NCBI GenBank assembly: GCA_020627705.1 | Contig: JAHDGJ010000001.1 | Coordinates: 316,398-348,397, forward strand | Direction of reading: 5' to 3' | From: Saprospiraceae bacterium | Lineage (GTDB): Bacteria; Bacteroidota; Bacteroidia; Chitinophagales; Saprospiraceae | DNA: 32,000 bases | Shown here: positions 1-8,584 of the stretch, piece by piece | How positions within the stretch are numbered: position 1 is the first letter of the stretch | Layout of the letters: each line of letters begins with the position of its first letter | Notes under the pieces: model-generated | What the model saw: the letters and a program-made list of their open reading frames with translations, nothing else | Told to the model about the DNA's origin: nothing | The model's database searches: none | Translations under genes and position numbers: made by a program

Positions 1-485
1 GAACCATAAGGCTGGTTGTCAACTCTCTGTCTTCTTTCCTCTTTTACCACCTCTCTTTGAGTTTCAATACCTTTATCCTCCACCACTGCATGAAGCAATC
101 TTTCTGACTCTAGCCATAGCCCCAATTCCAATTGATTGGAGGGTAATATTTCGAAGTAATAGGTTCTGTCAAAGCTTGTATTCGCATTTAGAGTACCGCC
201 GGCCTTTTCAACATATTTATCATATTCACCTCGCCCTATATTGGCGGAACCTTCAAACAATAAATGTTCAAAAAAGTGAGCAAATCCTGTTTTATCGGGT
301 TGCTCGTTTTTAGATCCCACATGATACATTATTGACACGGCAACAATAGGTGTACTATTGTCTTGGTGTAAGATCACATGAAGTCCATTGTCTAGATCAT
401 ACTCTACATATTCGATCTCGTTCATTTGACAAAACGCGCCAACCGAAACAAAGAATAGAATAGCAAGAAATAATAATTTTTTCAT
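1..485 (-). CDS. M16 (pitrilysin/insulinase) family zinc peptidase, N-terminal part; the C-terminus runs off the left edge of the window
   Basis: Hand translation of the minus strand from ATG (complement of 483-485) gives MKKLLFLAILFFVSVGAFCQ..., a signal-peptide-like start. It continues ...YHVGSKNEQPDKTGFAHFFEHLLFEGSANIGRGEYDKY..., which contains the inverted zincin motif HxxEH (HFFEH) typical of family M16. The frame stays open to position 1. It is absent from the ORF track because it is truncated. Confidence 0.85.
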   Translation of the reverse strand, partial: MKKLLFLAILFFVSVGAFCQMNEIEYVEYDLDNGLHVILHQDNSTPIVAVSIMYHVGSKNEQPDKTGFAHFFEHLLFEGSANIGRGEYDKYVEKAGGTLNANTSFDRTYYFEILPSNQLELGLWLESERLLHAVVEDKGIETQREVVKEERRQRVDNQPYG

Positions 486-688
486 TGATGTAAATTGATT
501 TAATGATCAATAATAAATGGTTTTGAGCCGCAAAATTAAAGGAATCGACCAAAACCAACCAAAACTAGATTAAGTCTTTATCAATCCAGTGGTCTTTTGT
601 CATTTTGACATCGATTAATGCATATATAAGCCATGTATATTTCTATGGAAGTATCAAATACTTTTAGAGTATACTTCACCAAACCCTG

Positions 689-1162
689 TCAATTGACTAT
701 TTTATCCGCACACGAAGAACTTGCAAATGCTTCAGGTTTGGCTTTGAATACGAAGCCCATAGATAAGATATAGCCCATTGCCTCTTTCAGCGCAACATTA
801 CTTTTGAACTCAGGATTGGTATTGATGTCGGCATGGACCTCCAAATCAATATTGTACTTATCCAACAAATCACATAAACTATACGCCACTTCAATACTTT
901 TGCCAACTTCCAAAATCATCCGTTCTTTAAGACTCATCCTACGCTTTTCTGATGAGTTGTTGATGTACATAAACCCTCCCCGTTTTTCACGAAGAAAGAC
1001 GATGACAGTAGCAAACTGAACGATATCTGATTTTACTTGAGAATCAGTACCAATACAAATTTTAAGTTTATTTCCAGCAGAACGTTCTTCCAGAATCGTG
1101 CGATGCACTTTTTCAAAAATGGGAAGGTCAATGGCCTCACCATTCAATCTTCTCCATTTCAT
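689..1162 (-). CDS. YkuK/DUF458 family RNase H-like protein
   Basis: 157 aa ORF. ICIGTDSQV..., the Lys/Glu-rich middle, HADIN, and C-terminal KAKPEAFASSSCAD resemble Bacillus YkuK (IGTDSQV ... HIDIG ... KPKIKPDSFVASSYAN), recalled from memory. The size matches the family. Confidence 0.7.
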   Translation of the reverse strand: MKWRRLNGEAIDLPIFEKVHRTILEERSAGNKLKICIGTDSQVKSDIVQFATVIVFLREKRGGFMYINNSSEKRRMSLKERMILEVGKSIEVAYSLCDLLDKYNIDLEVHADINTNPEFKSNVALKEAMGYILSMGFVFKAKPEAFASSSCADKIVN

Positions 1163-1239
1163 CTTTCAGGTTTGTAACAAAAGATAGGAAATTATTTAAT
1201 ATGATCTTCTTGTTGTGTACTATTGTAACATTAACTTAA

Positions 1240-2922
1240 ATGCTATTGGATTCCAAATTTTTAAACTTTGACACTCCTCCCAAAGTAAGTTTGCCAAAAA
1301 AACTTAACAACCCCTTTTATCATAAAGTACCTGAAATCGCAAAGATTGCCAGTGCTGCGCTGTCTAAAAGAATGAAGCTACTTTCGTTTGAATCCAAAAA
1401 AGGAAAGATGTTTGGGGTATTGGTTGTCAAAACAAAGGACAACAAACTTGGTTACTTAGCAGCCTTCTCGGGCAAACCTCCAAACAAAGAGAAACTCGCA
1501 TTCTTTGTACCTCCAGTGTATGAAGGATATTATCAAAACGAATGGATTCAACATCAAGAAAAAAGCATCGCTGCATTGACTCAAAACATAAAAGACATTG
1601 AGGAAGACCAGCGCTTTAAAAACCATCTTGAAGGACATCGCATGTTATATGCGGTGCAAAAGGAACATCTTCTTAACCTAAAAATCGATGTAAAACTTAG
1701 AAAGCGAAAGCGAAAGCAGTTGCGCAAAGAAGCGCTTGAGTTACTTTCCGAAAAATCGTACGAAGCCTTGATGCAAAAGCATTCTAAACAAAGTTATTTT
1801 GATCAATGGTATGTAAAGGACATTAAAGAGAAATGGAAAAAAAGACTACAAAACAATCAAGCCACCTTCAAAACACAATTGGATGAATTGAGAAGCTTCA
1901 AAAAGGAAAGAAAAAAATTATCCCAAGCCCTTCAAAAATATTTATTTGAACAATTTGTATTTATAAATCAAAACAAAGAAGAAAAAAACCTTCCAACATT
2001 ATTTAAGGAACAAAAAATAATTCAATCTCCATCGGGAGTTGGAGAATGTGCAACACCTAGACTACTTCAATATGCATTTAAAAAAGGATACGAGCCTATA
2101 GCAATTACTGAATTTTGGCTCGGTCCAAGTCCACCTTCGGAGATACGTCAAGAAGGACATTTTTATAGTGCTTGTAACGGGCGCTGCGGCGTCATATTAC
2201 CGCATATGTTATCCGCTACTGAAGTTGATCAAAAAAGTATGTACGATGTATTAAACCCAATTTCCACTTTTGAAATTCTTTACGAAGACGAACACCTCAT
2301 TGCAATCAACAAACCGCACAATGTATTATCCGTGCCAGGCAAGAAGCATCATAAGTCTGTACTGGTGTGGCTTCAAGAGAAATACCCTAAGGCCACGGGG
2401 CCTTTATTGTTGCACAGATTAGATATGTCAACTTCTGGGATACTTCTAGCAGCTAAGAGCAAGGAAATACATAAAGCGGTTCAAATATTATTTGCCGAAA
2501 GGCAAATAGAGAAATACTATATAGCGGAATTAGAGAGCAGCTTTTCCAGTTTTACTGATCAAGGTGAAATCAATCTGCCTATATGCCCAGATTACCTTGA
2601 TCGACCCAGACAAATGGTTAGTCCAACAAGAGGAAAAGATTCGAAAACCTTATGGAAAAGATTGCAGCCTGATCAAAGCAAATGCCATGTGATTTTTAAA
2701 CCTATAACTGGCAGAACGCATCAATTAAGAGTCCATGCGGCACACCAAAAAGGTTTAAATGCCCCAATAGTAGGCGATGAATTGTATGGCAAATCAAAAG
2801 ACCGCTTGTACCTGCATGCAAGTCAGCTATCATTTGTACATCCTGTGACTAAAGAATTAGTGACGATTATTAGTCCTCCTCCATTTCTTAATAAATCAGG
2901 TACTTTTCCCTTATCAATTTAA
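1240..2922 (+). CDS. Long RluA-family pseudouridine synthase with a ~340 aa N-terminal extension (Cys-motif domain interrupted by a coiled coil)
   Basis: 560 aa with an ATG start. The C-terminal third carries RluA-family motifs: LLHRLDMSTSGILLAAK (catalytic Asp in HRLD), YYIAEL, GRTHQLRVHAA, LHASQLSFVHP. The N-terminal part has GKMFGVLVV...GYLAAFSGK, a K/E/R/Q-rich stretch (aa ~100-250), then GECATPRLLQYA and SACNGRCGVILPHML. Confidence 0.85.
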   Translation: MLLDSKFLNFDTPPKVSLPKKLNNPFYHKVPEIAKIASAALSKRMKLLSFESKKGKMFGVLVVKTKDNKLGYLAAFSGKPPNKEKLAFFVPPVYEGYYQNEWIQHQEKSIAALTQNIKDIEEDQRFKNHLEGHRMLYAVQKEHLLNLKIDVKLRKRKRKQLRKEALELLSEKSYEALMQKHSKQSYFDQWYVKDIKEKWKKRLQNNQATFKTQLDELRSFKKERKKLSQALQKYLFEQFVFINQNKEEKNLPTLFKEQKIIQSPSGVGECATPRLLQYAFKKGYEPIAITEFWLGPSPPSEIRQEGHFYSACNGRCGVILPHMLSATEVDQKSMYDVLNPISTFEILYEDEHLIAINKPHNVLSVPGKKHHKSVLVWLQEKYPKATGPLLLHRLDMSTSGILLAAKSKEIHKAVQILFAERQIEKYYIAELESSFSSFTDQGEINLPICPDYLDRPRQMVSPTRGKDSKTLWKRLQPDQSKCHVIFKPITGRTHQLRVHAAHQKGLNAPIVGDELYGKSKDRLYLHASQLSFVHPVTKELVTIISPPPFLNKSGTFPLSI

Positions 2923-4105
2923 ACGCTGACAATTCATCTTGCCAAGAGGCTCGTATTTCTTTGAGGTCAAGCCCTTGGACCAATTGTTTTCTGAGGATAT
3001 CTGTACCTGCGAGTTTATCAAAAAAAGCTTTGTTTTCAAAAAACTCAAAACCAAGTTCTTTTGAGGATTTCATGGCTTGATGCAAATAGGATAAATTTAG
3101 TTTTCTACGCTTCAATTGGGCATCGGTATAGTCAAAATAGATGACGCCACATTCTTTATTTTCATGCTTGGGATACTTAGCGCCTGAGGTAGATTTTGGA
3201 GTAATAGATTCTTTCTTTTTCCACTTGGGATGTGCAAGCAATTGAAAAGGCTGATCCGTTCCTCTACCAATACTAAAACTACTTCCTTCAAACAAACAAA
3301 GACTGGGGTACAACAACACAGACTTTCGATTTGGCAAATTAGGCGAAGGCTTTATGGGCAAATCATAATTGGCATCATGAGTGTAATTTTGACAAGCGAT
3401 TACCTTCAAATCAGCTCGTACACCATCCTTCAACCATCCTTCCCCGTTGATCATTTGACCATATTCCCCGATGGTCATACCATACACCATTGGTACAGGG
3501 TGCATGCCAACGAAAGATTTAAAAGAATCATCCAATACTGGGCCATCAACATAATGCCCATTAGGATTTGGCCGATCTAATATGACTACATCAACATTAT
3601 TTTCTGCAGAAGCTTCCAAAACGTAATGCAAGGTAGAGATATAAGTATAAAACCGAACCCCAACATCTTGAATATCAAAGACAATAACATCCAAGCCTTT
3701 CAATTGGGCTGCACTTGGCTTTTTATTTTTGCCATACAGAGATACAATTTGAAGGCCTGATTTTTCGTCAATACTGTCGTTTATTTTTTCTCCAGCATCT
3801 GCAGCTCCTCGAATGCCATGTTCTGGGGCAAAAAGTTTGGCAACCTCTATCCCTTCCTCCATTAATACATCCAACAAATGCTTAGAACCTACCAAACTTG
3901 TTTGATTTACAACCAATCCTACCGTTTTCCCCTTTAGTAAGGGCAAATAGAATGACAATCGATCTGCTCCCGGAATTATGTTGAATTGTTCATTAATTTG
4001 ATCATCGCTTGTATTCGAAAGCAAAGTCTTGTCTTGTGTTTGAGAACAAGAACTAAAAAAGAGAAAAATAATAGACGAAATCAAAAACATATTAGATATT
4101 TTCAT
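2888..4105 (-). CDS. DUF1343 family protein (NamZ/YbbC-like exo-beta-N-acetylmuramidase), lipoprotein
   Basis: 405 aa. The N-terminus MKISNMFLISSIIFLFFSSCSQ is a lipoprotein signal with Cys. Conserved DUF1343 blocks: VGLVVNQTS, LFAPEHGIRG, DVIVFDIQDVGVRFYTYISTL, VILDRPNP, VGMHPVPMVYGMTIGE. Confidence 0.85.
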   Translation of the reverse strand: MKISNMFLISSIIFLFFSSCSQTQDKTLLSNTSDDQINEQFNIIPGADRLSFYLPLLKGKTVGLVVNQTSLVGSKHLLDVLMEEGIEVAKLFAPEHGIRGAADAGEKINDSIDEKSGLQIVSLYGKNKKPSAAQLKGLDVIVFDIQDVGVRFYTYISTLHYVLEASAENNVDVVILDRPNPNGHYVDGPVLDDSFKSFVGMHPVPMVYGMTIGEYGQMINGEGWLKDGVRADLKVIACQNYTHDANYDLPIKPSPNLPNRKSVLLYPSLCLFEGSSFSIGRGTDQPFQLLAHPKWKKKESITPKSTSGAKYPKHENKECGVIYFDYTDAQLKRRKLNLSYLHQAMKSSKELGFEFFENKAFFDKLAGTDILRKQLVQGLDLKEIRASWQDELSAFKLIREKYLIY

Positions 4106-4133
4106 AATTTGAAATTAAGACAATTTTACGACC

Positions 4134-5531
4134 CTGAGTAAGAAAAAGAAATACGCGATAATTGATGTAGAAACCACTGGTGGCCAATCTAAGCGAGATC
4201 GAATTACCGAGATTGCTGTTGTCATATATGATGGCGAAAAAATCATCGATCAGTTTGATTCATTGGTTAACCCAGAACGCGGTATCCCTGCAGAAATTAC
4301 TCGGATTACTGGCATTAACAATGAAATGGTAGCTGATGCGCCCAAATTTTTTGAGATTGCCAAGCAGATAGTAAAAATGACGGAGGGTGCCATTTTTGTT
4401 GCGCACAATGTCAGGTTTGATTATGGTTTCATCCGAAAAGAATTTGAGCGTCTGGGCTATACATATTCGAGAAGACAACTCTGTACGGTAAGATTAAGTC
4501 GCAGTGCTTTTCCGGGTTTAAGTTCTTACAGTTTGGGCAACTTAATCAGACATTTTGGGATACAAGTCAACGATCGTCACCGCGCGTTGGAAGATACTTT
4601 GGCCACTGTGGAGGTTTTTAGAAAAATTTTAGAAGTCAAGCATTCAGAAAAACAAATCAAAGATTTCATCAACAAAGGCATTCGAGAATCACAATTGCCG
4701 CCAGGATTAAAGATTGAAGACTTACATTCTTTACCCGAAGAATGTGGTGTGTATTATTTCATGAACGAAGACAATAAAATCATCTACGTAGGAAAAAGTA
4801 TTAACATCCAAAAAAGGGCTTTTCAACATTTTCGGCAGACCACTGCTAAAGCTCAAAAAATGTCTGCTCGAGTCCGATCTATAAGTTACGAACTCACAGG
4901 AAGTGAATTGGTTTCTCTATTACTTGAATCTGAGGATATTAAAAAATTCAATCCAGAAATAAATACTGCTCAGAAAACTAAATCATATCCATACATGATT
5001 TACATGTATTCGGATGAGTACGGCTTTAAATGTTTTGATGCTTGTAAAAATAACATCAAAAACAGAGAGAAATTTGATTATATCAGCTTATACAAAAGCA
5101 AACAAGCTGCCCTTACCTATTTAAAAAGGATTCAACGAGAGTTTTCCTTGTGTGATAATAAATGTGGTTTGGGTACGGGTAAAGCCCCCTGCTTTAGCAA
5201 TGAAATTGACCTTTGTTATGGCGCTTGTTTTTTTGGTGAAGACATCTCAGAATATAATTATCGGGCCGAAGAAGCCATTGATTTATTGAAAAAGATTTTC
5301 GATGAAAATTTCATCATATTGGACAAAGGAAGAAATGAAAGCGATCGAGCCGTAATTCTAGTTGAAGATGGAAATTATAAAGGGTTTGGGTACATCTCTT
5401 CAGAAGATGTTCAATATGGAATAGAGGAATTAAAAGAATGCATTAAGCCCGTTGCAGAAAATTTTGAAGCCAATCAAATCATTCGGGGTTATTTGGAAAA
5501 AGGCAAAGTCCAAAATATCATTCAATTTTAA
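4134..5531 (+). CDS. DnaQ-type 3'-5' exonuclease domain fused to a GIY-YIG (UvrC/Cho-like) nuclease domain. The start codon is uncertain: proposed CTG 4134, versus TTG 4263 in the ORF track.
   Basis: The frame opens after TAA 4116-4118 and encodes (L)SKKKKYAIIDVETTGGQSKRDRITEIAVVIYDGEKIIDQFDSLVNPE... This is the Exo I motif DxE, followed by FVAHNVRFDYGF (Exo II) and HRALEDT (Exo III). The GIY-YIG motif is CGVYYFMNEDNKIIYVGKSINIQKR. No ATG/GTG/TTG exists between 4119 and 4263. Confidence 0.8.
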   Translation: MSKKKKYAIIDVETTGGQSKRDRITEIAVVIYDGEKIIDQFDSLVNPERGIPAEITRITGINNEMVADAPKFFEIAKQIVKMTEGAIFVAHNVRFDYGFIRKEFERLGYTYSRRQLCTVRLSRSAFPGLSSYSLGNLIRHFGIQVNDRHRALEDTLATVEVFRKILEVKHSEKQIKDFINKGIRESQLPPGLKIEDLHSLPEECGVYYFMNEDNKIIYVGKSINIQKRAFQHFRQTTAKAQKMSARVRSISYELTGSELVSLLLESEDIKKFNPEINTAQKTKSYPYMIYMYSDEYGFKCFDACKNNIKNREKFDYISLYKSKQAALTYLKRIQREFSLCDNKCGLGTGKAPCFSNEIDLCYGACFFGEDISEYNYRAEEAIDLLKKIFDENFIILDKGRNESDRAVILVEDGNYKGFGYISSEDVQYGIEELKECIKPVAENFEANQIIRGYLEKGKVQNIIQF

Positions 5532-5607
5532 CGCACACTACAAATAGAAACTTACAATAGAAATCCAAATGAATGTTTTATCTGTATTACTACCTATAAA
5601 ACATAAC

Positions 5608-5967
5608 ATGGAAAAAATATTACTCCTCTTCTCAATTATAACATTATTTGCCAGTCTCTCGAAGGCACAAACTAGTTTTGATTTTGAACCAGGCCAATGC
5701 ATGCTCCTAACTGGAAAAGGTCCTGGACAGGATGGTTCCATAAACCCATTTTACGGGCAGGAATGCATAGCTGTCGTCGAAAATATAGGTGAATGTTTGT
5801 TTTATATAACTAATTATAGATTGCTGATTTTGCGTTGCCAATTCCAAGCAGAACGGGTCATATCGTCCAAATCATATTGTGCTTCCCAATCCAAAACTTC
5901 CTTAGCAAGAGTTGTATCAGCGAAAATTGCTGGAACATCCCCTTTTCGTCTTGCTGTAACTTCATAG
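5608..5967 (+). CDS. Small hypothetical secreted protein. Only the first ~60 codons look genuine; the 3' part overlaps galE antisense, so this may be a remnant.
   Basis: ATG 5608 gives MEKILLLFSIITLFASLSKAQ (signal-peptide-like), then TSFDFEPGQCMLLTGKGPGQDGSINPFYGQECIAVVENIGE. From about 5814 the frame runs antisense through the galE 3' end to a stop at 5965-5967. Confidence 0.3.
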   Translation: MEKILLLFSIITLFASLSKAQTSFDFEPGQCMLLTGKGPGQDGSINPFYGQECIAVVENIGECLFYITNYRLLILRCQFQAERVISSKSYCASQSKTSLARVVSAKIAGTSPFRLAVTS

Positions 5968-6836
5968 GCGAGTGTAACTCCACTTGTTCGTTCGAATGAA
6001 TCTATCACCTCCATTACACTACATCCTTTTCCAGTACCAATATTGTAAAAATTATACCTTGTCTGTAATACCTCTTCTTGTAACTTCTTCAAAGCTTGCA
6101 CATGAGCTTTAGCTAAATCGACTACATGTATATAATCTCTTATAGCAGTTCCATCCTTCGTTTGGTAATCATTTCCAAAAACTTTCAGTTTAGGCCTCAC
6201 TCCAGCTGCCGTTTGAGTTATAAAAGGCATCAAGTTAGCAGGAACACCAAGAGGCAACTCTCCTATTTCTGCTGATTCGTGCGAACCAATTGGATTAAAA
6301 TATCTTAACGCTATGCAATGGAAATCCTTCGTCGCATTGGAATAATCCTCAAGAATAGTCTCCGCCATTTGCTTCGTAGCACCGTACGGCGAATTCGCCT
6401 TTTTTGTAGGCGTGGACTCTGTAACTGGCAAAACATCAGGAATACCATAGACCGTACAAGAAGAAGAAAAAATAAAATTGAACATAGAATACTCCCGACA
6501 CAACTTGAGCAAATTGAGTAAGCCACCAATATTATTGTTGTAATATTTAATCGGAAATTCAACACTTTCTCCCACAGCTTTGCTCGCAGCAAAGTGGATA
6601 ACTCCTGATAAGTCTTTATGTTGCTGAAGTGCCTCAAAACACGAATCGTAATCCTCTAAATCTTGTTGAATAAAAACCGGTCGTTTGCCCGAGATTTTTT
6701 CAATTCCATCCAAAACTTCTATCGAGCTGTTCGATAGGTTATCTAGAATGACAACGTCAAATCCAGCCTCCATTAATTCTACAGCCGTGTGTGAACCAAT
6801 AAACCCTAATCCTCCTGTAAGCAACACTTTATGCAT
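5814..6836 (-). CDS. galE: UDP-glucose 4-epimerase
   Basis: 340 aa. N-terminal Rossmann motif VLLTGGLGFIGSH and SDR catalytic YGATK (SPYGATKQM). RYFNPIGSH and IRDYIHVVDLA blocks are typical of GalE. Confidence 0.92.
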   Translation of the reverse strand: MHKVLLTGGLGFIGSHTAVELMEAGFDVVILDNLSNSSIEVLDGIEKISGKRPVFIQQDLEDYDSCFEALQQHKDLSGVIHFAASKAVGESVEFPIKYYNNNIGGLLNLLKLCREYSMFNFIFSSSCTVYGIPDVLPVTESTPTKKANSPYGATKQMAETILEDYSNATKDFHCIALRYFNPIGSHESAEIGELPLGVPANLMPFITQTAAGVRPKLKVFGNDYQTKDGTAIRDYIHVVDLAKAHVQALKKLQEEVLQTRYNFYNIGTGKGCSVMEVIDSFERTSGVTLAYEVTARRKGDVPAIFADTTLAKEVLDWEAQYDLDDMTRSAWNWQRKISNL

Positions 6837-6934
6837 AATTGATTCAAACTTTTATTGAATGCAAAATTAGAATAATTAATTCCGACAAAAATCATCTAAT
6901 TTCACGAGATCAACCAAATTCAAATCTATAATTA

Positions 6935-7744
6935 ATGTCAATTTATTCTGAGGCATTAAAATTCTATTTTAAGTCAAAAACGATCTATCGGGTACACTCA
7001 CCCTATCTTTTTGAATTGTCCACTGCACTATTGGATGATCGCCAGTTTTATGCTTTTGCTGAAATCGAAGCTATGCGCAAATCATTACTCAATTCTACGC
7101 AATCAATTACAATGATTGATTTAGGCGTCGGATCTAGAAACATATCGAATACGGAGAAAAGGAAAATAAGTGCCATTGCCAAAACATCGTTGTCAAGTCC
7201 GTGGCAGTGTAAAATTCTATTTAAACTACTGCAATTTTTAAAGCCTTCTACTTTTGTTGAAATTGGTAGTTCCTTAGGAATCTCAAGTGCATATCTCGGA
7301 TCGAGCGCACCACAAGCCCAGGGCTACGCTTTAGAGGGCAACCCAGACTCTCTGATCATCGCCAAAAATGTTTCTCGTACTCTAAAAATTAAAAATATTG
7401 AATTTGTTGAAGGCAATTTTAATCAAACGCTTCCTTCGGTAATCAATCAGCTTAATGAGGTAGAATTTGTATTTTTTGATGGCAATCATCGAAAAGAAGC
7501 CACATTAAATTATTTTGAAATGGTTAAACCCAAAACTGCAAAACATTCCATTTTGGTTTTTGATGATATCTATTGGTCAAAAGGCATGAAGGAAAGTTGG
7601 GAACAGATTAAAAAAGATCCCTTTATACAATGCACTGTGGATTTTTTCTATTTTGGCTTGGCCATTGTTAACAACGATTTCAAAGAAAAAGTAAACCTTA
7701 GGATTATCGATAAAAAGTTTAAACCCTGGCAGAAATTTATCTAA
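6935..7744 (+). CDS. Class I SAM-dependent methyltransferase (O-methyltransferase-like)
   Basis: 269 aa with an ATG start. FVEIGSSLGISSAYLG is a glycine-rich SAM motif I. FVFFDGNHRKEATLNYFE and ILVFDDIYWSKGMKESWEQIK are typical of this methyltransferase type. Confidence 0.7.
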   Translation: MSIYSEALKFYFKSKTIYRVHSPYLFELSTALLDDRQFYAFAEIEAMRKSLLNSTQSITMIDLGVGSRNISNTEKRKISAIAKTSLSSPWQCKILFKLLQFLKPSTFVEIGSSLGISSAYLGSSAPQAQGYALEGNPDSLIIAKNVSRTLKIKNIEFVEGNFNQTLPSVINQLNEVEFVFFDGNHRKEATLNYFEMVKPKTAKHSILVFDDIYWSKGMKESWEQIKKDPFIQCTVDFFYFGLAIVNNDFKEKVNLRIIDKKFKPWQKFI

Positions 7745-7759
7745 AGAATAAAAAGTAAT

Positions 7760-8584
7760 TTATACTCTACTTCTGTTTTGCTTGATGAGCATTTCTATCG
7801 TAGCATTTAGGTTACTAATCATCTGGGATTGCTCTTTTAAGTCGGCTTTTAATCCCCCCAATTCATTTTGTAAAGATTCTTGAACCTTGGCTGGTGAAGG
7901 CAGAAAAGGAGAAATTTTGGTCTCCACGTACCACAATTCTAAAAGATCCGATCCTTCGATAATATATGGATCGTAATAATCATTATCTGAAAACACCTCG
8001 AGGCATTGGTTTTCTTTTAATTTATTAACGACTCTTTTAACTACTACATCTCCTTTCGTCACAATTACATAAACAAAATGATCACGAATGGCGTGGCTCC
8101 AGTCCATAGGCTCGAGATAACTACAAACAACCTTATCGCCATTATCTAGCGTGGGTTCCATGCTGTCTCCCGATACGTCAAAACACCGATGTGTCCCATG
8201 ATTGTATCTACTACCCGGTAATGAAAATGTTGGTAACTCTTGAAAAAATGTCTGCTCGCTCAGATTGGATCCATACCCAGCCTGCGCAGCAATCGGGACA
8301 TAAACGATCCGCTCCTCATTAAATTGATCAGTGACAATAACTGGAGAATCTGTGGAGAGTATTTCGCCCTTGCCTAAAAGTATATATTGAGGATTGAGAT
8401 TAAAAGCCTCTACCGCCTTTCTTAAAAGCTCTATGGTGACATCTCTTCTGCCTTTAAGAATATCATTGAGACTTTGTGGTTGAAAATCTAAAGCAAGCGC
8501 AAACTGCCTACTTGATTTAATCCGTCCAGATTCTTTCAAAAGATCATGGCATTCTATAAATCTTTGCGAGATTACACTACTCAT
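7760..8584 (-). CDS. LexA/CI-like transcriptional regulator: N-terminal XRE-type HTH, S24 autopeptidase domain and a C-terminal coiled-coil tail
   Basis: I prefer ATG at 8584 (MSSVISQRF...) over the track's TTG at 8614. HTH region: SSRQFALALDFQPQSLNDILKGRRDVTIELL. Candidate Ala-Gly cleavage site in PIAAQAGYG. S24 catalytic Ser in VSGDSMEPTLDNGDKVV and Lys in GDVVVKRVV. The last ~50 aa (QESLQNELGGLKADLKEQSQMISNLNATIEMLIKQN) are heptad-like. Confidence 0.8.
   Translation of the reverse strand: MSSVISQRFIECHDLLKESGRIKSSRQFALALDFQPQSLNDILKGRRDVTIELLRKAVEAFNLNPQYILLGKGEILSTDSPVIVTDQFNEERIVYVPIAAQAGYGSNLSEQTFFQELPTFSLPGSRYNHGTHRCFDVSGDSMEPTLDNGDKVVCSYLEPMDWSHAIRDHFVYVIVTKGDVVVKRVVNKLKENQCLEVFSDNDYYDPYIIEGSDLLELWYVETKISPFLPSPAKVQESLQNELGGLKADLKEQSQMISNLNATIEMLIKQNRSRV

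Noticed and set aside
4263-5531. ORF-track model of the exonuclease gene starting at TTG 4263
   Set aside because: It would remove the conserved Exo I motif (YAIIDVETTGG), which is encoded in frame just upstream. I extended the call to 4134 instead and marked the start as uncertain.
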